Notes under the pieces: model-generated
The model's database searches: none
What the model saw: the letters and a program-made list of their open reading frames with translations, nothing else
What the model was told of the DNA's origin: nothing
Shown: positions 12,255 to 25,500 of the stretch, in pieces
How positions within the stretch are numbered: the first letter of the stretch is position 1
Layout: each line of letters opens with the position of its first letter
Assembly (NCBI RefSeq): GCF_018350175.1
Contig: NC_058368.1
Coordinates: 238,516,001-238,580,000 of the forward strand
Length of the DNA stretch: 64,000 bases
Source of the DNA: Felis catus
Lineage: Eukaryota
Direction of reading: 5' to 3'
Position numbers and translations under genes: made by a program

Positions 12255-13122
12255 GTTAAAAGTATTTTCATTCAAAAATGGTTGACACAATTCACCACCA
12301 CTGGATCTACGTCGTAAGAAGTGCTTTAAAAAAGCCACGGAAGCAAAGGAGTAAAGAGCAGCTAGAAATCAAGACAGGCACAAAGGAGCCGAGAGAGCAG
12401 GTGGGTGCATGTGAACTGATGTCAAGTACATCTGTGCTCCTGCTTAACTTACTCAAAGTACAGCTGACCGTTTAAAGCAAAAAGGACGATGTTATCGTGG
12501 ACTTGACGGCATGCATAGAAGTGAAACGTATGACAAGTTAGAAGGAAGCAACAGGAGAACAGAATAGAACTTTGCTGTCCAAAGTTGTTACGGCCCATAG
12601 CAACTTTTTTCCTTTTTTCCAGCGATGTCTTCTGAGACACCAACAATAAAATAGCAAAAAGAAACTACACCAAAATGAAAAAGCTTCTGCACGGGGAAGG
12701 ACACAGTCAACAAAACTAAAAGACAACCTACAGAATGGGAGAAGATATGTGCCAATGACATAGCCAATAAAGGGTTCGTGATCCAAAATACATAAAGAAC
12801 CTAATGCGACTCAATACTCAAAACCCAAAATTTCCAACTAAAAAATGGGCAGAAGACATGAACAGATATTTCTCCAAACACAGAGATGACCAACAGACAC
12901 ACGAAAAGATGTTCAACATTCCTCATCATCAAGGAAATGCAAATCAAAACCACAATGAGGCAGCACCTCACACTCCTCAGAATGGCTAAAATCAAAAACA
13001 AAAGAAACAACCAGTGTTGGTGAGAATGTGGATAAAAAGGAACCCTCGTGCACTGTTGGTGGGAATGCAAGCTGGTGCAGCCACTGTGAACAGTACGGCG
13101 GCTCCCCAAAAAGTTAAAAATA
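12255..13122 (+). mobile_element. LINE-1 fragments (continuation of ORF1 region, then ORF2 3' part)
   Basis: aaaagcttctgcac, aacctacagaatgggagaagatat, aaaaatgggcagaagacatgaacagatatttctccaaa, aaatgcaaatcaaaaccacaatgag. Confidence 0.85.
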
Positions 13123-13225
13123 AGGGCACCTGGGGGGCACAGTCAGTTAAGCGTCTGACTGTTGATATTGGCTCGGTCATGATCTCACGGTTCGTGCGAC
13201 CGAGCCCCGTGTCAGGCTCCGCGCG
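13123..13225 (+). mobile_element. SINEC (carnivore tRNA-derived SINE), 5' part
   Basis: gggcacctggggggcacagtcagttaagcgtctgact...gtcatgatctcacggttcgtg..gagccccgtgtcaggctc. Confidence 0.8.
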
Positions 13226-13587
13226 GTCACCCTGGACTCACATTTGAGGGGCCCTGGGAATGAACAACAGCCTCACCTTGCCCGAGAATGGTTAGCTTTC
13301 AAGGGTCCCTAACCAGACACCCACGCGCAACATGTGAGTATCCCACCACCCACCAGCAGCAGGAGGGCTAACCCTAGACACAAGAGCTCCTCTGAGGAAC
13401 TGACAGTGGGATACGTCTCATGGGTGGGAAGGAAAGTCCCGTGGGAGCCATGCCCTTGCTAGGAGGGCCAAGCATCGGGCAGGTCGGGGCTAGACACTTG
13501 GGAGTGATCTGCAGTCTAGAAGCTGGGTCCCCAAGTCCCCGCATGGCACCGGGTTTCTATCTGACCTTCCAGAAAGCCATGCAAGGC

Positions 13588-13770
13588 GTTTATTTATTTA
13601 TTTATTTATTTATTTATTCATTTATTGTCTCTTTATTTTGCGAGAAAGCGAGTGCAGGTGGGGGAGGGGCAGAGAGAGAGGGAGAGAGAAAATCAGCAGC
13701 AGGCTCCGCAGTCTTCTTGGAGTCTGACGTGGGGCTTGAGCTCACAAGCCTGAGCCACCCGGGTGCCCCC
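13588..13770 (-). mobile_element. SINEC, internally deleted
   Basis: (TTTA)n tail, ggggaggggcagagagagagggagagaga, ends ctgagccacccgggtgcccc. Confidence 0.8.
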
Positions 13771-13790
13771 ATGCGAGGCCTTTTTATAGC

Positions 13791-14400
13791 TGTGACATAG
13801 GGAAACGGAAGGACTTTGTAAAAATCTGCTTTTCGCTCCTTTTCCTGATCCTATTCCTGCTAGGACCCGCATCCCCACTTTACACATGCCTCGTAGCACC
13901 AACAGTGTGTGTGCTCCTTATAAGGGACAAGAAGTTAACATTTATCTCAAGTCTTCCGGCACAACAGACGACATCTAAGGAAGAACCAGGTGAGAATAAC
14001 CAGACCACCAGGAACAGACGTGTGGACGCCAAGGCTCCCTGGCTCTGAGGAATAACTGATGAAGGGCAGCTGGGGGACTGAGGGGACCTACACAGCAGGC
14101 CCCAAGCAAGATGAGATTCTCTCCTTTCCTTTCCGGAGTCTCCCAGACACTCCGTACCCGCGTTCTGTCTATACCTTCAGTACACTCTGCACTCACCTCC
14201 TGCTGGCTCACATTCAATTTCTATCCTGCAGAGGGCTGGGGACACTCGTGCCTGGTCCCGCAGGACCCCCTCTGGATCCTTGGACCTGACCCGCCTGCAT
14301 CGGCTTTAGATTCATGAGCAGCGGGACACTCAGCGTCGGGGTGTGGCTTTTGCCCCCAGTTGCCAATAAATCTCTACACCTGGGACAGAGTACAAACCAG
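13791..14400. mobile_element. Possible ERV solo-LTR remnant
   Basis: Starts TGTGA, LTR-like composition, AATAAA near 14366; no TSD identified and family not assignable by eye. Confidence 0.3.
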
Positions 14401-15639
14401 ATCAAAAGTCAGTCTGAGAGGGAGAGGGGTATGAACCTCAGCGTTCTTGGGGCTTTGCGGCCCCTTCCTGAGGCCTGGCTGCATCCTGGCCTTCAGATTC
14501 CACGAGACCCCCCCATGTCCCTCGTGTCCCACTGATGCCCTCTTGTGCTCACACAGCTGGAGCTGGTCTTTGTTCCCTGCAGACTAATTAGCCTGGCGTT
14601 CCTTCCTACACTGTGTAGACCAGAGCAGTGACAGCAAAGCCGCAGGGTGCGAGCAGGGGCTCCTTAGGTGTGGCAGGAGCACGATGGCTCAGGGGCAAAG
14701 GTGGCTCTGTGGCCTTGGTTGCAGAGGACTGGTAAGCCTGTTAAGAAGGGTGGATTTTACACTCAGGTAAGAAGAGGCAGGTTTGCTAAAGCAAAAGACA
14801 GACCAGATAGGGGAGGGTGGAGACGGTCTGTGACACACCATTCCATCGGTTGAATCAACAGAGTTAGGAGTGGATTCTACAAGGGAGAATGTGCGGAGGA
14901 AAGTTCCTAGTGGCCCCCCAATCTCTGGCCCAGATCCTAGGAGCAGGTGGTCCAAGGCCTCCCTGCACTCAGCCTCAGTGCCTTGTTCCCGGAAGTCTCC
15001 ATCTCTGCATGAAGTCACATCCCGTCCACAGCGAATCTACTGCCCTACGAATTCCCGCCCAAGCCCCCACCCTAAAGCAGTTTGCCTCCTCCTCTGAAAA
15101 CCAGGAATAGCGCTTCCCATTTCTCTAGGTGCCTCACGCGAGTCTCCCGCAATCAGGCAGGAAAAGCAAGCCCCTGCAGAGGGCTGGCCCGCGGCCGGGG
15201 AGCTCTGCCAACTTAGCATGGAAGCAGGAAAGGCGCGGGCCCGCGGGCGAACCGGGACAGCTTTCCCCCGAAGGTTCCCAGCGCCGCCGAACCTGGGAAC
15301 TAGGAGCTACAGCCTCTGGCTGAGCAAGCCCGGGTGCGGGCAGGGGCGCTTCAAGGGGAAGACCCCTCCCCAGGCCCCCCTCTCTGCGGTGTTGTTTCTT
15401 CAAATCGCACCCCCCCCCCAAGAGGCTCCTATTGAAACAACCACCTGAAATCAGGTCTCTAATTTTCGGGAGTCTATTAACCATTTTCCTCTATTTTGAC
15501 GTAACTCCAGACGTAGAAAGGGTTTCAAGAACAGCACACGGTCTCTGTATCGCCTCCAACCAGCTTTCCCAAATGTCAACACTGCACCCACTTGTGGGCC
15601 CGGTAGGCCTGGGGACAGCGCAGTCCCCACGGCTGGGCG

Positions 15640-16560
15640 GTAGGGGGTGGTCCAGCCAGTGTCCGCGGATGTGGGGCGGTGCCTTGGAGACCCCGCGACC
15701 CCAAGGCGACGGCTCCGCTTCGGCCCCCGGTCCATGCCCCGCCTCCGCCATGCCCCGCCCCCGCCTCGACCCGCCCCCGTCTCACCGCCCCTCCCCACCG
15801 GCCCCCTCTGCCCCCGGCCCCTAGCGACCGCCTCGCAGCCGCGCCGCCGCGCCCCATCCCCCTCTGCCTGGCGCCCCCTGCCGGCCGCCTCACCACCCGG
15901 TTCCCCGTCCCGCTCCCCTCGCGACCCCTCTGCCCTCGACAGGCCCCAGCCCAAGCGCCCGGAACCCGCGAGGCAAGCCGGGAGGAGGACGCGGGCGGGA
16001 GCCGTCACCAGCGTGCGTCGCGCTCCTGACGCGTGCGTGCGTGCGCGTGCGTCGTTGGCTGGACTGCGTTTCCCAGGGGGCCGCGCGGCGCGCCCACTTC
16101 CGGCGGGAGGCACGGGACCCGGAAGCGGCCGCGGGGCGGCGAATCCCGCGGCGACAGGTCGGTCGGAGGGCGGCGAGAGCATGCAGGGCGGCCGGCGGCC
16201 CGCGGTGCGCGGTGCGTTCGTTCCCCCGCGGCGGTGGCGGCGGCGCGAGGCGGCTCTTGCGTGAGCGGCGGCGGCCGGAGTGGCCGGCGGCGCGCCGGGC
16301 GGGCGGCGGGGCCCGCGGCTGCGAGGCGGGCCGGGCCGGGGTGGGCGCCGCTCTCTGCCCGGGGGGCGGCGGCGCCATGTGGAGCGGTCGCAGCTCCTTC
16401 ACCAGCCTGGTCGTGGGCGTGTTCGTGGTGTACGTGGTGCACACCTGCTGGGTCATGTACGGCATCGTCTACACCCGGCCGTGCGGCAGCGACGGCAACT
16501 GCATCCAGCCCTACCTGGCGCGGAGGCCCAAGCTGCAGGTGAGCAACGAGGAGGTGTGGC
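15640..16560 (+). promoter_or_regulatory. CLPTM1L CpG-island promoter with GC boxes and ETS/GABPA motifs
   Basis: Very CpG-dense; CACTTCCGG at 16095-16103 and CCGGAAG at 16119-16125; degenerate ZNF143-like ACTGCGTTTCCCAG near 16063; no TATA box seen. Confidence 0.8.
16377..16538 (+). CDS. CLPTM1L: CLPTM1L exon 1 (coding part)
   Basis: gccATGtgg ... RRPKLQ, donor CAG|gtgagc. Confidence 0.95.
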
Positions 16561-19500
16561 GGCGGGGACTACGTGGGGGCGGGGCTGGGGCCCCTTCTTA
16601 CCGAGCCCGGTCCAGGACAGCCCCCCAGCCCCACTGGCTCCAGGTCTTGGTGCATGGTGGCTCCGGGAGGGCTCGGGGCGCTGCCCCCTTACCCCTCGTC
16701 CCGCCTCTTGAAGGCGCCTGGGTCCCTGCCCTGTTCTGCTCAGCTGCACGCCTCAGTAGCTTGTTTGCAGTGGACACAGCAGATCCCTTCCTGGCGCGAC
16801 GGGAGCTGAAGTGAAACCTTTTCCCATTTGGTAGCTGGTCAGATTGCCACCGCGGGTGTAGCGGTTGGATGCGTGTTTTCTGCCGAAGGGGGGTGTGGGG
16901 GGGTCCTTGCAGAGCTAACTTTCTTGACGCTCCTTTCCAGCTCAGCGTGTACACCACCACGCGGTCCAACCTTGGTGCTGAAAACAACGTGGATCTGGTC
17001 TTGAACGTGGAAGACTTTGACGTGGAGTCGAAATTTGAAAGGTATGATTGGGGAGCAGCGCGTGCCAGTGATGGGGTAAGTGCTGGTAACGTTTAGGTTG
17101 TGGAAAAGGCAGTGTCATGTGTAAGGAAGTTAGCGTGGAGAAGCACTGTTCCCTTCTGTCTCGTGAGTGGGGCGGCTTTTAACTGCCCTCGTTTGTGATA
17201 CGTAAACTAGCCAAGTTTTGCTCTACGTGAAAGTAGGAGGTGATGAGTTTGTCCCTTAAAAGGTAGCTTCCAGTGTCCGACGGTCCCAGGATGCACGGCA
17301 GCCGTGGGCGTTTCCAGAGGAGGAGATGAGGTGGGGGTGACGTGGCTTCCCACAGCAGACAGCTTGTCTCTCTCTTCCTGGCGAAAGTTGCCAGTTAGGT
17401 CAGTGTAGTGATGTAAATGCTCAGGTACGAAGAGGGAGCGTAGGAAGTCATACTTGCTGTGTCGTTCTAGTTTTAAGATTTCAAAAGTAGAAGTCAAAAA
17501 GCAACTTGCTTGTCCGGGGTCTCCTTTTTTCCTGTGTGTCGTCTGGGTGATTTCAGACAGAACAGCGGGAATGTGTGGTGCGTTGGCATGAGCGTCCTCT
17601 GGCCAGCCTGCCCCATTCGAGAGCTGCGGGAGGCAGTGCAGCAGACGGGGGAAATAGGTGCGGTTGGGGTCAGCCACTGCCTGCCTGGCCACGTGAGCCC
17701 TGTGACCAAGGCGAGTTCCTGCCTTCCCTGAGCGCTGCGAAATGTAGGCAGGAAATGCTGCCCGTGGTTTTTAGAAAACGGTCTGTGAGCATCTGCGCTT
17801 TCAGGATTTCGGTAAAGTCTTTGCAGGTGGGTGCGTTTTCAGAACGTGTGAGCTAAAATTAGTTTGAAACGGCATGATTTATAGAGGTACTTGGGTAACC
17901 TGTGCTGTGTGCACATACGAGGCAGCTAACACGCACGTGGTTGTAAAATGGTCGTTTCTTTTGTTTTAGGACGGTTAACGTTTCCGTACCAAAGAAAACT
18001 AGAAATAACGGGACGTTGTATGCGTACATCTTCCTCCATCATGCCGGCATTCTGCCATGGCATGATGGGAAGCAGGTGCACCTAGTGAGCCCTCTGACCA
18101 CCTACATGGTTCCCAGACCAGAAGAGGTCAACCTGCTCACGGGTGAATCCACTACGCAGGTGAGTGTGCCTGTTAGGTCACTGACCGCATGAGGCCTGCG
18201 CTCTCCCTGTGGAGTTCACACCCACAGGTTTCTGCACGTGCAGCCTACACCGGGAGCTGGGGTGACCATTGGGAAGGGAAGCAGTTTGATGTAGGGACAA
18301 GCACGTCTGTCTTTCAGCAGAATTGCTTCCTGTGACTCGCAGATAAATTTTCTGCCAAGTTAGTGACGTAGACTCTAAGTAATGCAACGACAGGTTACTT
18401 CTCAGGCCCCGGGCCCTCTCAGCCTCCAGGGAGTGTGTGTGCACCCCATCAAGGTGTGGGGGCCTCCCTTCTGCAAAGTCGGCCGCAGCCTTCGCTCACA
18501 ACTGGGGGACTCACTGCCCTGTGTGTAGGGCAGGACGGCACTTCGGTATATCTTTTCAGTTGTTATTTGTGATTACGGGACAGATACCTGGACTGCATAC
18601 GTCCCATACTGCTGTGAAAAGCTGTGTATACGAGGAAACTAGAGTGGCTTAAGTGGTTATTGACGATACTGTGGGTAAAGCAGAGGAATTCTGTCTTTGG
18701 GTCTGTGTGGACTAGAAGGTGAGATCGTTTACAGATGGGAAGTGTCTGTGAGGCTGCCCCATGCTGGGTCTCCTTCGAAGGACTCCCTCGGCTGCTTTTT
18801 CTTGGGGGGACTGTATGGCCCCGCCTCTCGGGGCCTTCCTAGGGAGTCAGTGAGGTGGTGGGTGAAGTGATCTCTGGAACATACAAATAAACGTTTGCGG
18901 TTAGTATTAGAAAACCATTCTTTTTTTTTTTTTTTCTATTAAAAAAATTTTTTTTTTTCAACGTTTATTTATTTTTGGGACAGAGAGAGACAGAGCTTGA
19001 ACGGGGGAGGGGCAGAGAGAGAGGGAGACACAGAATCGGAAACAGGCTCCAGGCTCTGAGCCATCAGCCCAGAGCCTGACGCGGGGCTTGAACTCACGGA
19101 CCGCGAGATCGTGACCTGGCTGAAGTCGGACGCTTAACCGACTGCGCCACCCAGGCGCCCCTAGAAAACCATTCTTAACGTAACTTACCGGAGCTGTGTT
19201 CTATCTATTTAGGTGGGAGATATGCGAAATGGTCCTGCAGTGTGGAATTTGTCAGTTAGATCTGGGAGATTTTCCTGGCAGTCATAGCTTCTTTGCTGAA
19301 TAGAGCTCTGTGTGCGACTGACGCCCAGCCCTGACCCTGTCTTTGCAGACGACGTGACGGACCGGGCCTAGGGCCATTGTCCTCAGTCTCGCTGCCAGCT
19401 GCAGGGGCTGTGAGCTCCGATTGCCTGCCCCCTCCTGCAGGTGTCCCGGGACTCCCTCTTCTCATGGTCCCCGCTCAGGCTGGGGATCTAAATGACAACC

Positions 19501-22500
19501 CTCTGGCTCGTGTTAAGAGAAGGAAGTGAGGGGTGCCGCTCTGGGGGAGCCGGCGGTCAGGTCTCCACCCAGCACTGGGCTTTCCCTGCTGAGCCACTCG
19601 TTTCCTTTAGCAGCAGATAGAGGCAGAGAAGAAGCCACCGAGTGCCCTGGACGAGCCTGTTTCTCACTGGAGACCAAGACTGACACTGAACGTGATGGTG
19701 GACGACTTTGTCTTTGACGGGGCCTCCCTGCCTGCCGACGTGCATCGGTACATGAAGATGTAAGTACCGCTGGGCCCACCGGGAAGGAGGGTGGCTCTTC
19801 GCGGCGCACGCCCCCATGCCCAGCCTCGAGCTGGCAGTGCAGGAGTGGCCCCGGTGTGTGGGGTGTGGAGGACACCTGGGGGGGTCGTGGCCCACCAGAG
19901 TCCAGAAACGGGGGCCCGCAGTGCTGCCTCGAGCACCCCTGAACCTCTCGAGGTCTTGCTGATAGAGACTGCCACCAGGGCGTGAGACCGTGTCGTGCTG
20001 CACCCCCTGAGACTTTTGTCCCATCTGCGTACTGATTATCTCTGTTAGGACCCCGTGTTTTGTTTTAACTTGACTTGTTTACGTTAACTTAAAAACTAGT
20101 TTTTAGATCATTACATTTAGTCATTAGCATCGCTAGTTAAACGTAAGTGTTGAAATTGTGTGAATAATTTAGACCGCCTTGCGTTTTGGGGGAGCCCACT
20201 GTTAAAGTAAGATCTGTTACCGATGTCACGCAGCACCTAAAAATGGTTGCGCTAAGACTCGTCTTCCTTCACAGGTTAGTCGTAAACGTGCTATCGTCGT
20301 GAGGGTTTTTTCTTTTTAATGCGTATATGTCATTTTTGAGTGTGCAGAAGAGTCACGTAATTAGAAACGTAAACGGTACAAAGGGTCACAGAAAGCCCCC
20401 CACTCCTGTTCTCTGGCCCCCACCGCCTCCAAGGTACGGAAGGCAGGTGGGTTTTTATTTCCAGTCTCCCTCCGCATCCCTGAGCATCCCGCGTCAGGGC
20501 ACATGTGGGCCTGTCACTCTTTTGCGGCCTGGATGGTGTTCCGCTCTGTGGCCACTGGGGTTTCCCTCCCACGGCTGTGACTTCAAGGAAGAACAGCTGG
20601 TTAGAGCCCTCGGCTTCTGTGGGCAGGGTGTGTCCCGGGGCTGTGTGCCCAGAGACAACCGAGGACGTGGGCGGGATTTCTCTGCGCTGCGTCTCCGAGC
20701 CGCGTCTGATTCCTCTAATAGTGAAAGTGTTCACGGTGACTCTGGGAACTGCTTGATCCCCCAGGATCCAGCTCGGGAAGACCGTGCACTACCTCCCTAT
20801 CCTGTTCATCGACCAGCTCAGCAATCGGGTGAAGGACCTCATGGTAAGTGTGGCTCCTCTGGGCTGCTGTCGCCCCGCAGGAGCTTGCTGCGTCTTTCTG
20901 ACTTGGCAGAGCTGTGCTCCGGGTCTGCCTCCGACTCCCTTCCTGAGCTGAGCCCCTGTGCTCTCTGTGGTGGAAGGCCCTGGAACAGTTCTGTATTAAG
21001 TGCTTGGATGGCGAGTCTCAGAGCTCATTGGAGAACCGAGTGTCGCTCAAACGGTTCATGAACGTTTTTCCACCAAGCCCTAGTTGTTTGGCTCAAAGGC
21101 ACAGATGGGCTTAGAGGGGGTGCTGAGCAAACTGCTCCCTTTAGAGCTGGCCCCACACAGTGTCACTGCCTGTCTTGGAGCCTGCAGTTGTTCCCCCCGC
21201 CCCCCACCCTCGGGTGGCCCTGGGCAGGGCTGAGTGTGGGAGTGGAGGGGAGCTGGCACCCTGCCCTGCAGGGTGGATTGGAGGGCCAGTGCAGGACGGC
21301 TGACTTCCGGGCAGTGACAACAGCAGTGACCATTGACACGGAGGGTCACCTACGGTGCCCCAGGCACCGTGCCGAGCACTTCACAAACGTCCTGGGGTCT
21401 CGCCCCATGGGCTGTGGAGCTGTGGCACGAGCCGGACCGGTCGCCCTCCCCGTGACTCCTGGCCGCCATCCCAGTCTGTGGGCGTTTACCCCGCGCTGGA
21501 GTCCGTGCTCCTTGCTCACAGACGAGACAGCCTGGGCACAGAGAGCTCGGGTCCCCGTGGGATGCACGGCAGTGAGCGGAAAAGGGGGCATCTGACCTGG
21601 GGCCCAGCCTCGCGGGCCCCCGCCCCAGCTCTGCCTCCCCCTGCGGACCAAGGGGTCCCTAACACGCGGGGTCCTGCGCTTCCTTTGGGGGTGCCACCTA
21701 GACCTACGGGGCTCGTCGTCCCCGGGCAGACCGTCATCCTCCCTCCTGCTGTGTGCAGACCTGGAGCCGGCCCAGTTCTGCCGAAGCGCGTGGTCAGCTT
21801 TCTGGGGGCCCGGGGCTGCCATGGTGTGGGCAGTGGTGTGGAGAGGCTGCTGGCTGGCTGGGCCGCTGGAGCTCCGAGGCTGCGTCTGCAGGGCGCCTGC
21901 GCTCTGCTCATTGTGTGGGTTTAGCGGCCTCGTGACGTGGCACCGCTATTCAGACGTGGAAACAAGCTCACGGGCCGCCGGCGTTTCCTGTGGCGTCTTC
22001 GTGACACGAATGCTTTGTCTGGATCAGGGCTGCTTTCTGGAAGGAATGCCATCTTTGGGGAACAGCTAATCTGCTGGGGTGTAGACAGTGGCACCTGTGT
22101 GGGTGGGGTTGGCCCATGCCCGCGTGCCCTGGAGCCAGTGTGCCACTGTGGTGTGAGGGGGCCCGGTGCCTGGGCCTGGCGTCTGGTCAGTCCTGGTTTG
22201 GTGGTGGGGGGGGGGGGGGGGGTTAGGTCCCACCCCCCCCAGCGCCTGGGCCTGGCGTCTGGTCAGTCCTGGTGGGGGGGCCCTGGGCCTGGCATCTGGT
22301 CAGTCCTGGTGGGAGGGGGCCCGGCACCTGGGCCTGGCGTCTGGTCAGTCCTCGTGTGGGTGGCCTGGTGCCTGGGCCTGGCATCTGGTCAGTCCTGGTC
22401 CGCTCCTGTTGCTGGACTGGCCACGTCGGTGTTCACCAGGAGGGCCTGCTGAGTGAGCTCCAGTGGGTGGAATCAGGTGGCTCCATGGTCACATGATGGG

Positions 22501-25500
22501 GCGGGTGGTGCCCGTGGACTCACCGGCCGCTGGAGGCGTGGAAGGCCGCTGCAGCCAGCGTGGGCCGCCAGACCCCACGACCACAGCCGCTCGCAGCTGC
22601 CCCTTGCCTCTGCACACACTTAGGTCAGGTGTCGCATCTTCCTGAGGCTTTCTGTTGTCCCCTGGGGGGGCAGGCCGACCTCTCCGGGAGCATTCAGCCC
22701 ACACACCAGGGCCCCAAGTGCCACCCACCACGTTTCCCTTCCCTGCGGAGAGGTGTGGAGGCTCCGTGGGGTCCGTGCCCGGCTCGTCCACAAGAGCAGG
22801 TTCCTGGTGCATGCCGGTGCTGCTCGTGCCGAGAAGCCGGGGTACAGGGCCAAGCCGACACGGGGTTTGAGAGATATGGGGTTCAGGTGGCAGAGGAGAC
22901 GAGAACACATTGCTCAGAAAAGCTTTGAGCCCAGGATGAGGGTGAGTGGCGGGAGGTGGGAGCCACGCCTCCCCCCCACCCCCCGCCCCCTGGGACGTGG
23001 AACAGATGGTAGTCGAGTAGGCCCAGGGGTGCAGCGTCGGCCTCCAGTGCACGGAGCCGTGGTCGGTGGGGAGCCCACGGCGTGGGGTGAGCCGTGGGGT
23101 GAGTGCCCGGCAGCGGGTGGGGGCAGGCGGCAGACCTGGGAAGGGCGCGGCCTCACTGCCCCGCTGTCCTTCCCGCCAGGTCATAAACCGCTCCAGCACC
23201 GAGCTGCCCCTCACCGTGTCCTACGACAAGATCTCACTGGGGAGGCTGCGCTTCTGGATCCACATGCAGGATGCCGTGTACTCCCTGCAGCAGTTCGGTG
23301 AGGCCACGGGCCGACCTTTACTTCCGGGTCCGGGAAGCCGTGCTCAGGCTCCAGCCTCGGTGCCTCCTGCTGGTGTCCTTGACCATGGCTCCCGTCGGAG
23401 CGTCGGGTTTCCGCTCTCAGTGCTGAGAGCTGTCCTCGCCTATGGCCGTGAGCGTGAGGCGCGTGTCTGGCGTTGGATGTCACTGACCTGGCTCGCCTCG
23501 TGCTGTTTCCTTTTCCGCTCAGGGTTTTCAGAGAAAGACGCTGATGAAGTGAAAGGCATTTTTGTCGACACCAACTTGTATTTCTTAGCCCTGACCTTCT
23601 TCGTCGCTGCATTTCACGTGAGTGGGCACCGGGCCGGGGGTTTGCGTGGTGCGGCCTGGCGACCTGAGACTTTGTGGCCGCCACGCTGGGGGTCCCTCTC
23701 CCGGCTCAGGACGGGGTGTCTGCACCTGGGGCGCTGATCACCTTAAGGACTTGGGGTTTGTCTGCTGGCCCTGGAGGTCATTTTGAAAAGAAACCCAAAC
23801 TCCACGAGATCAGTGAATGGCTTTGCAAAATAAGTATCTCGTTGTATAATTCTAGCACGGTGGTTTCGATGTTGACAACCCAGTCTTTGCGTAGAATCCC
23901 TTTTTGAGCGTGGAGTCCTACAGCTGGTGGAGGAAAGCTGTCCCCCACGTGGCAGCCGTGCTAGATCTGAGGTCAAGGTGGGCAGGGGTGGGCCCCCAGT
24001 GCCTGGAGATTGGCTGCCAGTCTGGCTAAACTTCCCAAAACCGTGCTGGGAAATAGTGGTTTTGTTAAAGGAGCAGGGTCTGAGAATGACCCGTGTGCAC
24101 AGCCTGGGCACCAGGTCAGAGCCGGCAGCACCTGGCGAGGGAGCCGGGACGTGTGGCCCACGACGGCGGTCGGATGCCCCGCGGTCCCGGCGTGCTGGGT
24201 GGGGCACGAGGCCGTGGGTTTCCGAGGTGTGGCGTGTGGCATCCACCTGGCTGTGACCTTGCGATCCGGGTCCCGCGCACACCTGTGCTCTCGCTCGGCG
24301 GAGACAAGCTGTTGGAGCGACGCGAGCCGGACATTGCCGTTCTCTTCTCTTTCCAGCTTCTGTTCGACTTCTTGGCATTTAAAAATGACATCAGTTTCTG
24401 GAAGAAGAAGAGGAGCATGATTGGAATGTCCACCAAAGCAGGTAGGTGCCCTCAAGTTTCGGCCGTTCCCAGAGTACCGTGTCCTGTTGATGGATACGGA
24501 TCTCTAGGCTTCACTTTGGAGCTTGGGGTCTGCGGCCGTCTCTGGTCTGTGCCAGTCAGGGAGCCGGCTCTTTCGCCTGCGAGCCTGGCAGAGCCTGGCC
24601 TCTGCGAGCGCAGAGGGGCTGTCTGTGGCGTGTGAACCTGAGGCCATGCGCCAGGCCCCCCCGGCAGCAACACCAACGCGGGATCTTGGCCTCCATCTGT
24701 TTGGCTGCTAATCAAGCGTCTCAAGAGGCAGTTCTTTTCCTTCCGCAGAAATGATGTGCCCAGGGGTGGTCCGGGCACCTGGGCTGGCCCCCGGTGTCTG
24801 CCGGGCCTCACATCCTCCTGTCCTCTGGCGTTCTTCGGGGGGCACAGGGCCCCTGCTGGGTCCTCCGGCCCTTCCTGGGGAGCAGCCGTGAGCGGGGCTC
24901 GTGGGTCCCTGTCGGTGCACACGGGGCAGCCAGGTGTCCCCCTAGCAGGCACCCACGGGGGTTGGCCCCGCTGCTCCTGCCCCACGAGAGGCCGTTAGGA
25001 AGGTGCATGTTATCAGTCAGTTGTAGCATTTTGTAAAGTTCGGTCTTTATGGAGAAGGTATGGTTTTTAAAAGATGAGTTTCTCACGGAGTTGGGAGGGA
25101 AACAGGTAAGGGGAAGAGGTCAAGGAGGTGGGTTCTAATCCCCACCGGTGACCCCTCTGGTCAGCGTGCTCTCTGTGTGTTTGTGTACCTGCACACACGT
25201 TTCTGTAGCAAAGGGGACCTTGCGTTCCGTGCTGTGGCCTCCATGGTCACTGTAGAACATTTGCACGCCACACACACCTTGTCCGGTGCAGTGGATGGAG
25301 GGGGTGAAACCCTTGAAGCTTTGTGTATGCTGTGGGGGGGGGGGGGTACGGGTAGGGGGGTGAGTGTGCACGTAGGGGGGTGGGGGCGTGATGGGACCTG
25401 TCAGGTGGGGTGTGGACAGGGCGCGGCCGGCCGCTCAGCGCAGCCCCCTGCCCTGCCCCCAGTGCTCTGGCGTGGATTCAGCACAGTGGTCATCTTCCTG

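Noticed and set aside
22169..22399. CRISPR array
   Set aside because: Mammalian intron, no cas genes, and the spacers are low-complexity, related to each other and of very unequal length.
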